From Candidatus Binatia bacterium (GTDB taxonomy: Bacteria; Desulfobacterota; Binatia; UBA9968; CAXXLF01): DNA of 64,000 nucleotides. The notes beneath the pieces were generated by a model, which was not told the origin of the DNA, ran no database searches, and saw nothing but the letters and a program-made list of their open reading frames with translations. The stretch is from positions 704,001-768,000 of the forward strand of contig CAXXLF010000002.1 of assembly GCA_963664015.2 (NCBI GenBank). Reading direction: 5' to 3'. How positions within the stretch are numbered: the first letter of the stretch is position 1; each line of letters opens with the position of its first letter. A program made the position numbers and the translations under genes. Shown in pieces: positions 1 to 9,945 of the stretch.

Positions 1-319
1 CGCCGTCGATGATGCTGTGACCCTTTCCCTGAAGGACATAGATCACGGCCTCCACCGTGTGGCGGTGCCCCAGGGTCTTCCAACCCATCCCCTCTTCTTC
101 ACCGGCGGGAATACGGTTGATCCAGAAACGAAAGGTCCGATTGTGAAACCCCAGGCGGGGATCCACAAGGTAGACATGGGAGTGGGTCTTGAACTGGGTC
201 TCTATCTCCTCCGCCTTAACGATCACCGGTGCCTTCTGCCGTTGCTCGACCTCGTTTTTGGCAAAGCGGACCGACTCCATGAACATCTCGTCGCGTTTTT
301 CAGGCTTTAGAACGGCCAT
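1..319 (-). CDS. Cupin-domain protein (3' end runs off the window)
   Basis: Manual translation from ATG at 319: MAVLKPEKRDEMF...WKTLGHRHTVEAVIYVLQGKGHSIIDG. HxH...E cupin metal motif; starts 10 nt after the UbiD stop. Not in the ORF track because it is truncated. Confidence 0.8.
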   Translation of the reverse strand, partial: MAVLKPEKRDEMFMESVRFAKNEVEQRQKAPVIVKAEEIETQFKTHSHVYLVDPRLGFHNRTFRFWINRIPAGEEEGMGWKTLGHRHTVEAVIYVLQGKGHSIIDG

Positions 320-329
320 CGGTAATGTT

Positions 330-1769
330 TCAAGGGTTGACCTTTCCGAGGATATCTTTCCACTTCTCGCTGACTCTTGCCCTTTGCTCAGCGCTCATGA
401 CGTTGGAGGCGGGAAAGTCCTTGAGCCACCGATAGGGTTTGCACGCGTCGATAATCATTCTCGATGAGACAAATCTGCCCTGTTGCCTTTCCTCCGGGTT
501 AACCCTGGGGTTGATATCGCTGGTGGGAAAATCCTTCAAGACCTCGCTCTGGTAGGCCGGATCGCATCGGCTGGTCACCGCCCAAAAGACGTCTCTCAGA
601 TCCGAGGGATCGATGTCCTCATCCACCACAATGACGAAGCGGCCCATGCCGAGTGTTGCCCGGACTCCCAGGGCAATAGAGGCCGCCTGACGCGCGTGCC
701 CTTCGTAGCGCTGTTTGATGGAGATCACCGTCGCGAAGGGACCGTGCATCCACACACCCTTCACATCCTGCACCCCCGCATACTCCAGGGCCGACCAGAC
801 CGCAGCCGATGGCAGCGGGATGCCGAAATGGTCCATTCCCGGAATCGGTTTGAGGGGCGGTTCCCCAAAGATGATGGGATCGTTACGATGATAGAGGGCT
901 TTGACCTTGATGACAGGTTCGTTTCTCACGTCGGCGGCATAGTACCCGGTCCTCTCGCCGAAAGGCCCCTCGGGTCTGGATTCCTTTTCGAAGGGAGGAA
1001 TCTCCCCTTCTACCACAATTTCCGAGTTGGCCGGGATGGGCATACCGGTGACCTCACCTTTAATAAAATCCACCGGCTCGCCCCGGAGCCACCCGGCAAC
1101 GCTCAGTTCCTCCACCCCCCAGGGCTCTCGCTGGGCCGCCGCGACAAATACGGCCGGGTCCTGACCAAAGGACAACATCACGGGACAACTCTTGCCCTGA
1201 TTCCAATGTTTTTGCAGGATTAAGCGTCCATGCTGGATGTGATTGATGAATATCCCCAGGGTCGTCTCGTCATGGACTACGACGCGATAGACGCCCATAT
1301 TGATCCATTGCCCCTCCGGATCCCTGAAAAAGACACAGCTGCCGGTGCCTATGTAGTAGCCACCGTCCAGGTCGTGCCATTTGGGTGAGGGAAACTTTGA
1401 TAGGTCGATCTTTCCCGCGCCAAAGACGTTCTCCATGACAGGACCGTCCTTGACCTCTTTGGGAGCAATCGGCTGAAAGGTCTTCAATCGCTCCTTCCAA
1501 GCACGTACTAGCTCCACGTGGCTGGCGCTTGGATCCAATTCCAGAGCCAAGGCCATGCGTTTAACCCCGGAGAGCGGCTTTGCCGCTACACGAAAGCCCG
1601 TTGGGTATCCCTTTATCTTGTCGAACAAGAGCATGGGGTGCTTGGAGCTTCCGGAGATGATTTCGGTCAGGGCGCCGATATCCTCCTCCCGGTCAGCGCC
1701 GTCGATACGAAGAAGGTCTCCGGCTTCGTCTACCCTTTGAATGAACTCTCTGAAGCTTGTGAACGGCAT
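330..1769 (-). CDS. UbiD-family (prFMN-dependent) decarboxylase #1
   Basis: 479 aa; NMGVYR, EIVVEGEI, EGPFGERTGYY, VIVVDEDID, VFWAVTSRCDP, IIDACKP motifs. Confidence 0.93.
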   Translation of the reverse strand: MPFTSFREFIQRVDEAGDLLRIDGADREEDIGALTEIISGSSKHPMLLFDKIKGYPTGFRVAAKPLSGVKRMALALELDPSASHVELVRAWKERLKTFQPIAPKEVKDGPVMENVFGAGKIDLSKFPSPKWHDLDGGYYIGTGSCVFFRDPEGQWINMGVYRVVVHDETTLGIFINHIQHGRLILQKHWNQGKSCPVMLSFGQDPAVFVAAAQREPWGVEELSVAGWLRGEPVDFIKGEVTGMPIPANSEIVVEGEIPPFEKESRPEGPFGERTGYYAADVRNEPVIKVKALYHRNDPIIFGEPPLKPIPGMDHFGIPLPSAAVWSALEYAGVQDVKGVWMHGPFATVISIKQRYEGHARQAASIALGVRATLGMGRFVIVVDEDIDPSDLRDVFWAVTSRCDPAYQSEVLKDFPTSDINPRVNPEERQQGRFVSSRMIIDACKPYRWLKDFPASNVMSAEQRARVSEKWKDILGKVNP

Positions 1770-1824
1770 GCTGGGTTCTTTCCTATAGAAAATTCAACTG
1801 AACGACTCCAACAAAGGTTTTCGC

Positions 1825-1863
1825 TTTTCTCCGAACTTAGCGTGCTTTGCGGCTTTGCGCGAG
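1825..1863. repeat. ~38-bp intergenic repeat, copy 1 (copy 2 at 40628-40664)
   Basis: Minus strand CTCGCGCAAAGCCGCAAAGCACGCTAAGTTCGGAGAAAA aligns by eye with CACGCGCAAAGACGCTAAGCACGCCAAGTTCAGAAAA at 40628. Confidence 0.65.
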
Positions 1864-1907
1864 ATATATTTTCCCCGATTCCATGCTCCGGGATTCAACA
1901 AAACAAT

Positions 1908-4157
1908 TCAATTGATTTTGGTTAGACCATTCAAGACTTTTTCCGAAGTAATGGGGTTCTCTGTGATCCTCACCCCGGTGGCGTTGTACACGGCGTTGAC
2001 AAGAGCGGGGGCGAGGATACTGACACCCGCCTCGGCAACCGACTTGGTACCGAAGGGACCCGGGCCTACTTTGGCTTGAACCAGTGAAGTGGTCAGCGAA
2101 GGGATATCTTGGATGGTGAAAATCTTATAATCACCCAGGCTCGCAGAGATGACCTTCCCGTCGTCGATGAGGACCTCTTCCGTCAGGCCATACCCAAGAC
2201 CCTGCACAATGCCGCCTTCGATCTGGCCCTGGTGGATAATGGGGTTGATGATCCTACCCACGTCGTAAACGAAATATAGCTGCTTCACCTCGACTGCCCC
2301 TGTTTCTTCGCTCACCTCCACGTCGGCGACAACGGACTGAAAGGAATAGACGTGTGGTTTGTGTCCGTTAAAATGACCGAAGCCCCGAACCGGTTCCCCC
2401 GAGATCTTGGCCAGGTCGTTCAATCCCCACCTCTTCTTGCGGTTGCCCCTCTGGACGACGGTGCCATTGGACCATGTGACCTGATCGCAATCGATGTTCC
2501 ATGAAGACGCGGCGAGGTCGCATAGCTTTTCGATCAAGGAGGTTGCCGCAAGTTGAGTGGCTATCCCTTCGATATGGGTGCCCCGCGCTCCTTTGATACC
2601 CTGATCGTAAGGGGCCGTGGAGGTGTCGCGCACCTCGATCTGGACGCGTTCGGGCTCGACCTGAAGGGTTTCGGAAACGACCTGGCGGTGCATCGTATAG
2701 GCACCGACTCCCTGATCACCGACGCCGCTCACCAGCTTGAGGGCCCCGTCGTTCTCCAGAAACAGCTCAAAACTTGATTCCCCGTGACCCACATGGCGGT
2801 CGCCGAGGGCCACGCCCCGCCCCAGGAGCTTGCCATTCTTTCTTTTCATACCTGGCCGGGAGGGTTTCCACTTGGAGATCTGTTTGACCCGGCGCAATAC
2901 CTCGACAGCATGAGAATCTTCCAGGCTTTCGCCCGTGGACCTGGTGTCGCCCTCGCTCAGCGCATTACGCAGGCGAAATTCCAATGGGTCTAGCCCCAAG
3001 CCCTCGGCCATCACGTCCATATGGCTCTCGACGGCAAACAGAGTTTGGGCCTCCCCTGGGGCACGGAAGTAACCGCCAGGTACCTGATTGGTGTAAACGC
3101 AGTATCCCTCCATCAGGGTGTTCGGAATGCGGTAGGAACCGGCCACCATGAATGCCCCGCTCATGGAACCTTCGGGGTTGGGCTTGTAAGCCCCATAGGC
3201 GCCACCGTTGTAATAGGTCTTACCCTCCCATGCCCACAGGGTTCCGTCCCTCTTGACTCCCGTACGAAGCGTGATCACCGCCGGATGGCGCGGACACGAA
3301 GCCGAGAGCTCTTCGGTGTAGCTCTTGACGAATTTGACCGGTTTCCCCGTCGACCGGGAGAGGTAATAGGCCGCCGGCACGTGAGTTAGAAAGTCTTTGG
3401 CGCCAAAGGAACCGCCCATATTGCTGGGATAGATGGTAATGTCTTTTTCCTCTATCCCCAGATAGAGGGCCAAAACCTTGCGCAGTTTGAAGAAGGCCTG
3501 ATTGCAAACCCAGACCGCCACTCGTCCTTCCGAATCCACCTCGACGGTGCAGGCGTACGGCTCGATGTAGGCCTGGTGCACCATCTGGACTCGATAGTTG
3601 CTCTCGAAGATCTGGTCCGACTCGCGGAAACCCTGCTCTATATCTCCCTTGCCACCTCGAACCAGCGTTTGGACATTGTGCAGATGAGGGGCCTTGGTAT
3701 CGGGTCCGTCATAGGAACCGTAGTCCGGGTGGAGGAGCGGGGCATCGGGCTTCATGGCCTCGAGGGGATCAAAGACCGTTGGCAGATCCTCATAGTCGAC
3801 TTCGATGAGGCCGACGGCCTCTTCCGCAATATCCTTGTCGACCGCCGCAACCGCTGCAATCTCCTCCCCGATGAAACGGACTCGGTCTGTGGCCAAAATC
3901 GGCTGGTCTTTGAGTGTCGCACCGACCAAGCGCGGAGAGATGTCGTTGGCCGTTATCACCGCTTTGACGCCCGGCAGACTCTGGGCCTTGCTGATATCCA
4001 GGTTAAGGATCCGTGCATGGGGTAGAGGACTATGCAGTACCTTACCCCATAAGGTGCCCGGGCGATGGAAATCGGCGGCGTAGTGGCAGCTGCCGGTGAC
4101 TTTGGCGTATCCATCCACTCTGGGCAACGACGTCCCAACAACCTTTCTCATCCCCAT
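1908..4157 (-). CDS. Xanthine dehydrogenase/CoxL-family molybdopterin-binding large subunit #1
   Basis: 749 aa; PRVDGYAKVTG, SPLPHARI, MGGSFGAK, FRAPG, GQIEGGIVQGLGYGLTE, GPFGTKSVAE. Confidence 0.92.
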   Translation of the reverse strand: MGMRKVVGTSLPRVDGYAKVTGSCHYAADFHRPGTLWGKVLHSPLPHARILNLDISKAQSLPGVKAVITANDISPRLVGATLKDQPILATDRVRFIGEEIAAVAAVDKDIAEEAVGLIEVDYEDLPTVFDPLEAMKPDAPLLHPDYGSYDGPDTKAPHLHNVQTLVRGGKGDIEQGFRESDQIFESNYRVQMVHQAYIEPYACTVEVDSEGRVAVWVCNQAFFKLRKVLALYLGIEEKDITIYPSNMGGSFGAKDFLTHVPAAYYLSRSTGKPVKFVKSYTEELSASCPRHPAVITLRTGVKRDGTLWAWEGKTYYNGGAYGAYKPNPEGSMSGAFMVAGSYRIPNTLMEGYCVYTNQVPGGYFRAPGEAQTLFAVESHMDVMAEGLGLDPLEFRLRNALSEGDTRSTGESLEDSHAVEVLRRVKQISKWKPSRPGMKRKNGKLLGRGVALGDRHVGHGESSFELFLENDGALKLVSGVGDQGVGAYTMHRQVVSETLQVEPERVQIEVRDTSTAPYDQGIKGARGTHIEGIATQLAATSLIEKLCDLAASSWNIDCDQVTWSNGTVVQRGNRKKRWGLNDLAKISGEPVRGFGHFNGHKPHVYSFQSVVADVEVSEETGAVEVKQLYFVYDVGRIINPIIHQGQIEGGIVQGLGYGLTEEVLIDDGKVISASLGDYKIFTIQDIPSLTTSLVQAKVGPGPFGTKSVAEAGVSILAPALVNAVYNATGVRITENPITSEKVLNGLTKIN

Positions 4158-4189
4158 TGACCCTTTCTTTCCATCCGTACCCTCATTCC

Positions 4190-4262
4190 AAAATCATCGA
4201 TCTTCAATCACCCAGCCTCTATCCTCGAATTTATATCCTCTATTTTCAATCCTCAATCTTCC
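4190..4262. repeat. Degenerate ~7-nt tandem repeats (ATCCTCn/ATCTTCA type)
   Basis: aatcatcgatcttcaatc...ctctatcctcgaat...atcctctattttcaatcctcaatctt; a related motif in reverse orientation lies at about 58910-58933. Confidence 0.5.
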
Positions 4263-4279
4263 CGCTGGCCTCGTTTTGC

Positions 4280-5659
4280 TTACTCGAGCCCAAGCTCGCC
4301 CCAACGCTTCAGGACCTTCTGGGTCAGCTCCTCACTCACCATATTTTTTTCCGGGAATTCAACTTCCTTGAACTTGGATGTCGCATCGATACCGATCCGC
4401 GAGGTAAAACCCTGCTTGACCATGGGTTGGTGCCCACCCTTCTGGCGGGGAGGCGTAATCCAGATATCTCTGTGGGGAAGCGCCATGGTGTACAACCTCC
4501 ACCAGATGTCGTTCCAGTCATCTAGATCCGCGTCCGCATCGACGACGATGACCCAGTTGGGAATAATCGTGCTCACACCCCATACCGTATCGATGATTTG
4601 ATTGACCTGGCCCGGTTCGGTGACATCGGCGGCAACGATACAGATCTCCCGTCCGCATCCAGGATCCGGGAACCTCACATCCACAACGCCCGGTGTGCCC
4701 AGGTTCATCAATTTGCCCCAGAGAACCGCAGAACGGGTAATTCGCTTTCCTCCATCCTCCAGGTAATTACAGATCAAGCCCTGGGCGATGGGATCTTTCC
4801 TATGGGTGATGCACTTTACCTTGATGACGCATCCTTCTTCTTCGGTCCCGTAGAACCCATGGGACTCTCCGTGGGGCCCCTCCACCACCCGGACTCCCGC
4901 CTGCACTTCGCCTTCAATCACGATCTCCGAATGGGCAGGGACCGGCATGTCGATGGTCTCACATTGGGTCAGCTCGACGGGTTTTTGTCTTAGTCCTCCG
5001 GCAAAGGCAAACTCGGCGTGCCTGGCTAGGCCGGAGCTTATGGGGTTCATCGATGCGATACAGAGAGTTGGTTCCATACCGATAGCAATAGACATCGGCA
5101 TATTCTGATTGTGGGCTTCCCAACCGCGAAAATGTTTCATCCCATCCCGATGCATGGACATGTAAAGTGTATCTTTATCCTTTATCAAAAGCCGATACAT
5201 ACCCATGTTGAGATCGCCTGTCTCGAAATCTTTTGAGATGCAGCCATGAAAGGTTCCAATATAGGGTCCAATATCCTTCTCGTGCCAGACCGGCGTGGGG
5301 AACTCCTCCAGATTGACCTCGTCCCCCTTGTGCACGATTTCCTTACAAGGCCCCCCCTTCACCTCCACGGGCTGAATGGTTTCATTGAATCCGGAAAGGA
5401 ACCTCTTGAACACTTCCTTCATGTCGCCCTCTACTCCTAAAGCGACCGCAACCTTTTTGTCCGTGGACAGGACATTCGTCAGCACAGGGGTTTTGTACCC
5501 TTTGACGTTTTCAAACATGAGTGCAGGTTCTTTTCGGAGTAACGACACATAGGAGATACCGCCCAGTTCATGAACCGGATCGACTTCCGCCTTGATGCGT
5601 TTAAGCTCTCCCATTCGTTCGAGAGATGAAACAAATTCACGTAAAGAATCAAATGCCAT
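4280..5659 (-). CDS. UbiD-family decarboxylase #2
   Basis: 459 aa; SLREFV, NMGMYR, EIVIEGE, EGPHGESHGFY, VIVVDAD, IGIDAT. Confidence 0.92.
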   Translation of the reverse strand: MAFDSLREFVSSLERMGELKRIKAEVDPVHELGGISYVSLLRKEPALMFENVKGYKTPVLTNVLSTDKKVAVALGVEGDMKEVFKRFLSGFNETIQPVEVKGGPCKEIVHKGDEVNLEEFPTPVWHEKDIGPYIGTFHGCISKDFETGDLNMGMYRLLIKDKDTLYMSMHRDGMKHFRGWEAHNQNMPMSIAIGMEPTLCIASMNPISSGLARHAEFAFAGGLRQKPVELTQCETIDMPVPAHSEIVIEGEVQAGVRVVEGPHGESHGFYGTEEEGCVIKVKCITHRKDPIAQGLICNYLEDGGKRITRSAVLWGKLMNLGTPGVVDVRFPDPGCGREICIVAADVTEPGQVNQIIDTVWGVSTIIPNWVIVVDADADLDDWNDIWWRLYTMALPHRDIWITPPRQKGGHQPMVKQGFTSRIGIDATSKFKEVEFPEKNMVSEELTQKVLKRWGELGLE

Positions 5660-5669
5660 GATTTACCTC

Positions 5670-6725
5670 CTAATTTTCAAGTTCTTCCATGTATATGCCG
5701 AGAGAATTAAGCAGCGGCCGGTCCGTGTAGGACAGCAAGACAGCTGCATCTTTTTTTGACGAATTGATGTGTTCATGCCAATGCCAACCGGGGAGCGCGA
5801 AGATATCACCGGCGGACCACTCCAGCCGCTGATCGTTGACCAGGGTAGTCCCCGAACCGCGAAAGACGTGGACCACTGCCGCCGAGGTGTGGCGATGGCG
5901 CTTCGTATGGACCCCCGGCCTGAGCTTCTGGGCGTAGCACCCCATTGACGGCATCACCGGTCCCCCCGTGTGCGGGTTGTAGTACTCCAGCAGCAAATCG
6001 TCAAAGGGACTTGCCTCCGATTCGAGCATGGCGTCCAGCGCGTCGAGCGTCTTTCTCCACGGATACTTAGTCAAGGGCGAATAGGACTTGTCCCATTGAT
6101 ACTCGGCCGGTCTCATGCCCGGTGAGGCAAAGCGGTGAGTCGAGGCCTCGTCCGGTTGTGTCCGTGGCTGTTGCTTAAGGCCGGGGTAACGGGAGAAGAA
6201 GAAGGTGTCCATGTTATCGATGAGCACGGCATCCAGGCCGTCGAGCCAGATCATCGGCCCCTTTCCCTTGTTCTCGTGATCGTGGTAGCTCCACGCGGGT
6301 GTCAGTATCAGGTCACCCGGCTCCATCCAACAGCGCTCGCCATTGGTACAGGTATAGGCCCCCTCACCTTCCAGGATGATACGCAGGGCCGACGGAGTAT
6401 GATGATGGGCAACGGCAATCTCTCCCGGCATGATCATTTGAACCGCCCCTACCAAATTGGGAGTGGTGGCGAAATGGCGCCCCCCCTGAAGACCCGGGTT
6501 ACTGAGTCCCAGGACCCGGCGCTCGACATCCTCAGTGCTCACATGATCTCCAGCACGGAGAATCTGTTCCCTAATCACCGTCCACTTCCAGAGGTAGGGA
6601 ACGGCGCGTCCATGGGGCGGAGACATCTCCTGCAACCAGAGCGGCTTTAAATTCAGGCGCGTGACTTCATCGTAGAAATCCGCCGCCCCAACGTCCGCCT
6701 TCTTTGCCGATGCCTTTCGACTCAT
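5670..6725 (-). CDS. Gentisate 1,2-dioxygenase-like bicupin ring-cleavage dioxygenase
   Basis: 351 aa; ERRVLGLSNPGL, AHHHTPSALRIILEGEGAYT, PGDLILTPAWSYHDH, HRHTSAAV, GDIFALPGWHWHEH are typical of the GtdA family. Confidence 0.85.
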   Translation of the reverse strand: MSRKASAKKADVGAADFYDEVTRLNLKPLWLQEMSPPHGRAVPYLWKWTVIREQILRAGDHVSTEDVERRVLGLSNPGLQGGRHFATTPNLVGAVQMIMPGEIAVAHHHTPSALRIILEGEGAYTCTNGERCWMEPGDLILTPAWSYHDHENKGKGPMIWLDGLDAVLIDNMDTFFFSRYPGLKQQPRTQPDEASTHRFASPGMRPAEYQWDKSYSPLTKYPWRKTLDALDAMLESEASPFDDLLLEYYNPHTGGPVMPSMGCYAQKLRPGVHTKRHRHTSAAVVHVFRGSGTTLVNDQRLEWSAGDIFALPGWHWHEHINSSKKDAAVLLSYTDRPLLNSLGIYMEELEN

Positions 6726-6742
6726 CTCCGTCTCCCGGGGTT

Positions 6743-7882
6743 TTACGCGCTCGCCTTTAGCCCCACCTTCCTGAGATTGGGAAGGACTTCCTTCGACAGC
6801 AGTGAAAGGCTCTTCTCCACATCCCTCATCCTGAACCTGCCGAAGACCGGACGCAACATTATCTTATTCGTACCCAGTGTTTTACATTGGGAAAGGATTT
6901 GCTCGGTGACGTAGCCCGGATCTCCCGAAATGGCAATACCCGAATCCTGCAGATCCTCGTACGACCAGCCCTTGATCTCCATAACACCCACGTGCTGGCC
7001 CTTCTTATAGGACGTGGCGCGCTCGCTGAAGTACTTGTCCTCGACGCTCCGGCCATACTTGGCCGGCGAGCCGCCAAACTCCTCGGCGGGTCCAATAAGG
7101 AGTTGTGACTCCGCCTCTTCACGGGCCTTGGCATTAGTCTCGGCCACGTAAACGTCCCGCGAGACCACGCAGTGATCCTCTTCCGGTTCCCAACCGCAGT
7201 TCTCCTTAGCGTAACGGCGATAGTAATCGAAGCTCTCCTGGATCTGTTCTGTCGGCGACCATGACGCGGCGAGCCGCACCTTATTCTTTGCCGCCCACTC
7301 GATGCTCTCGGCGCTGATAGAGGGGATCCAGGTCTCCGGTATCGGCTGCTGCAGCGGCCTCGGAAGGAAGGCAACGTAATCCAGGTCCCAGTGCTTCCCG
7401 TGGTGTGCGAACGGCTCCTCCGCCTGCCAACCCTTCTGGATGATCTCCCACCCTTCTTCGAAACGCTCGCGGGACTCGGACGACGGGATCTGGAAGGCCC
7501 AGAAGTCCCCCCCTCGGGTCAAGCCGACCACGAGGCGCCCGTGGCTCAGATTGTCCAGGAGGGCAAGCTCTTCACCCAGTCGTACGGGATGATGCAGAGG
7601 AAGGCAGTTCCCCATCAAGCCGAGCTTGATCTCTTTGGTTATCACGGAAGCCGCGGCAACGAAGAGGTTGGGCGACGGCGAGAGGCCGTTAGCCGCCCTT
7701 GCATGGTGCTCCGGAAAGAACAGCCCGTCGAATCCATAGACCTCCTCCGCCTTCTTGATAAAATCCATCGCCTCGTCGTAGATCTCCAACCCCAGGGCGC
7801 GGTCGTAGCTGCGCCCCTTCATCAGGTAGTCTCCTGTCACCCGTTTCGGATATCCGATACGGACGAAAAGCCAAACTTTCAT
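6743..7882 (-). CDS. LLM-class (luciferase-like) flavin-dependent oxidoreductase
   Basis: 379 aa; GFDGLFFPEHH, SPSPNL, PLHHPVRLGEELALLDNLSHGRL, LPRPLQQPIP. Confidence 0.9.
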   Translation of the reverse strand: MKVWLFVRIGYPKRVTGDYLMKGRSYDRALGLEIYDEAMDFIKKAEEVYGFDGLFFPEHHARAANGLSPSPNLFVAAASVITKEIKLGLMGNCLPLHHPVRLGEELALLDNLSHGRLVVGLTRGGDFWAFQIPSSESRERFEEGWEIIQKGWQAEEPFAHHGKHWDLDYVAFLPRPLQQPIPETWIPSISAESIEWAAKNKVRLAASWSPTEQIQESFDYYRRYAKENCGWEPEEDHCVVSRDVYVAETNAKAREEAESQLLIGPAEEFGGSPAKYGRSVEDKYFSERATSYKKGQHVGVMEIKGWSYEDLQDSGIAISGDPGYVTEQILSQCKTLGTNKIMLRPVFGRFRMRDVEKSLSLLSKEVLPNLRKVGLKASA

Positions 7883-7909
7883 AGATGTCTCCTTGTTATT
7901 GAATAAGAA

Positions 7910-8914
7910 TCAATTAAATGGAAATATCTCCTTCAGGGCCAACCGCTTCGGAAGCAGGGCGTCAGCCGCGAGAAAGTCCATACACTTCTCGACGCTGCGG
8001 GAGTTCAATGGGGTGAGGCCGCATCGGTTGGGGTCCACTCCGAGCAGTTCCTTCTCGCGGTTGAAAAGCTCTCTCTGCTCCGGCGTAAGGTAGCGGACAC
8101 CCGCTTCCGCCGCCCGGTCGAATGCGATGACCAGCGCTTCACACAGCCCCGGGTTCTGCTCCGCAACCGACCGTCGCAAACCCAGGACATGATAGAGGGG
8201 ATAGAACTCCCAGCGCTTGAACCACTGGACCTGGGTCTCCATGTCTCCGACAGGGAAACACAGGGTCGAGCTCTCCTTGATCATCTGCTCCAGGTCCCCG
8301 TAGGGAGTCGGTGTCTTGCTGAGACCGCCTTCAACAACCCAGTTGAACCAGTGGCCACCAGCCCCGCCGGGATAGATAACGGCGTCCAGCTCACCCTTTT
8401 CCAGTTGGGGGATCAGCTCCGGCGGTCTGATCCCGCCCCGCTGGGAGAGGTATCGCCACTCGACGCCCATGGCCCCGTCGCTGGTGATGGGCTCCGCTGC
8501 GACCCACGGCACTTTATCACGGCTGGCCCCATAATCGTCGGCAATCAACGCGCGGAGAAAGACACTGGTCGCCCCCAGCACCCTTCCCATACCGACCTTC
8601 TTACCGACTAAATCTTTTGGTGAGAGAGAACCACGGCGCATCACGAACTTACGGTGGTTCATGCCCCGCGTGACAAAGATCGGCAGGATTACCAAATTGG
8701 ATTCGGTGCCCCGTGAGAGACGCACAAGAAAATCGGTCAGAACCTGCTCCGTCCCCGCCCATTCGTCTTCCACCTCACCGCGTAGCCGCCGCGACGTCCG
8801 CTGGTCGAACGCCGACCCCTTGAACACTACCTCGAACCCATCAACCTTCACACTCCCATCAACTAGGGCATGGGTCAAAAACACATCCGGAACTTGAATC
8901 GTAATAGTTGCCAT
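7910..8914 (-). CDS. SBP-fold protein resembling 4,5-dihydroxyphthalate decarboxylase (Pht5/OphC-like) #1
   Basis: 334 aa; THALVDGSVKVDG, LPIFVTRGMNHR, PKDLVGKKVG, FYPLYHVLGLRRS, LVIAFDRA; no signal peptide visible. Confidence 0.6.
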   Translation of the reverse strand: MATITIQVPDVFLTHALVDGSVKVDGFEVVFKGSAFDQRTSRRLRGEVEDEWAGTEQVLTDFLVRLSRGTESNLVILPIFVTRGMNHRKFVMRRGSLSPKDLVGKKVGMGRVLGATSVFLRALIADDYGASRDKVPWVAAEPITSDGAMGVEWRYLSQRGGIRPPELIPQLEKGELDAVIYPGGAGGHWFNWVVEGGLSKTPTPYGDLEQMIKESSTLCFPVGDMETQVQWFKRWEFYPLYHVLGLRRSVAEQNPGLCEALVIAFDRAAEAGVRYLTPEQRELFNREKELLGVDPNRCGLTPLNSRSVEKCMDFLAADALLPKRLALKEIFPFN

Positions 8915-8964
8915 CTGTCTTTTCCTGTTTTTCCCTCTCCTTACTTATACGTCCATAATCGTAT

Positions 8965-9175
8965 TAGATTCCCGGCTTTTCGCGTTCTGGGTTTCGGGTT
9001 CCGCGTTTCTTAATTCTGATCTCTAATCTCTGGTTTTTTCTTTCCGCCTTCTCTATGCGGATCGCTGAGAGCTGATGGCTGACAGCTATTTCACCACTTT
9101 GCCTTCTGTGTCTCTTTTTCCCTCTGTCTCTGTCTCAACTCTCTGTCTGATTATTTCTTTTTACTTTTTACTTGC
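8965..9175. repeat. Mosaic of short degenerate tandem repeats in the intergenic region
   Basis: ttttcgcgttctgggtttcgggttccgcgttt; ctgatctctaatctctgg; gctgagagctgatggctgacagct; ctctgtctctgtctcaactctctgtctg; ttttactttttactt. Confidence 0.5.
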
Positions 9176-9178
9176 CCC

Positions 9179-9886
9179 TCACATCCCCCAGCTTGCCCTT
9201 TCTCCAAACTCACTGCCCACCGGTGCAATAAAGTATCTCCGCAGCAGCTCCCTTCCAAGATCGATGATGCGTACCCTGAGCTCTTCCGCCAGGTTGGCAT
9301 CCCTCTCGTGAAAGGCATGATAGATCCCCTCGTAGCAGCCGACGACTTCATCCATATAGCCGGGGACATTGACGTGCAGGGCGCGGTAGCGGGCACAGGG
9401 ATGGCCCATAACTGCAACGAGGCGGGCAAGCCTCGGGGACAAGGCATTATCCGTGATAGTCCGTTCCAACCGGCCTCGTAGCTCCACAAAACCCCGGCGA
9501 TCGCCGTCGTCCACGGTCAACCGGAGCTTTTGTACCAGCTCCCCTATAACAGTAATGTCTCTATCGCTCATCTTTTGACAGGCAAGCCGCATGGCGAGGC
9601 CGAGCAGTTGGCCATGGATGAGGTAGAGCTCGTCGGCATCTTCCGGCGTGATATCGGTCACGAAGGCCCCGCGACCGGGCTCATAGGTCACCAACCCATC
9701 CCTCTCTAGCACCCGTAGTGCCTCACGGATTGGGGAACGGCTGATACCCAGTTTCTTTGAGGTCAAGATCTCGTTGATCCGCTGATTGGGCCGCAACCGG
9801 CCGGTCATGATCTCGTTCAACAAGGCATCCAGTGCTGTCTGGACCAGCGAACTACTGGCCCTTCGTTTCACTTTCCGTTGTGCCAT
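9179..9886 (-). CDS. GntR-family (FCD-domain) transcriptional regulator
   Basis: LRPNQRINE...LGISRSPIREALRVLERDGLVTYEPGRGAFV HTH; start chosen at ATG 9886, which is preceded by AGGAGG. Confidence 0.9.
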   Translation of the reverse strand: MAQRKVKRRASSSLVQTALDALLNEIMTGRLRPNQRINEILTSKKLGISRSPIREALRVLERDGLVTYEPGRGAFVTDITPEDADELYLIHGQLLGLAMRLACQKMSDRDITVIGELVQKLRLTVDDGDRRGFVELRGRLERTITDNALSPRLARLVAVMGHPCARYRALHVNVPGYMDEVVGCYEGIYHAFHERDANLAEELRVRIIDLGRELLRRYFIAPVGSEFGERASWGM

Positions 9887-9898
9887 GGCAAGCCCTCC

Positions 9899-9945
9899 TG
9901 TATGCAAGATTGTCGACAGATAGACCAGCCCCATTCCCTTGTCAA
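9899..9945 (-). promoter_or_regulatory. Sigma70 promoter of gntR with an overlapping candidate operator
   Basis: TTGACA (9945-9940)-N17-TATCTG, overlapped by TGTCGACAATCTTGCATACA containing the palindrome TGTCGACA. Confidence 0.55.
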
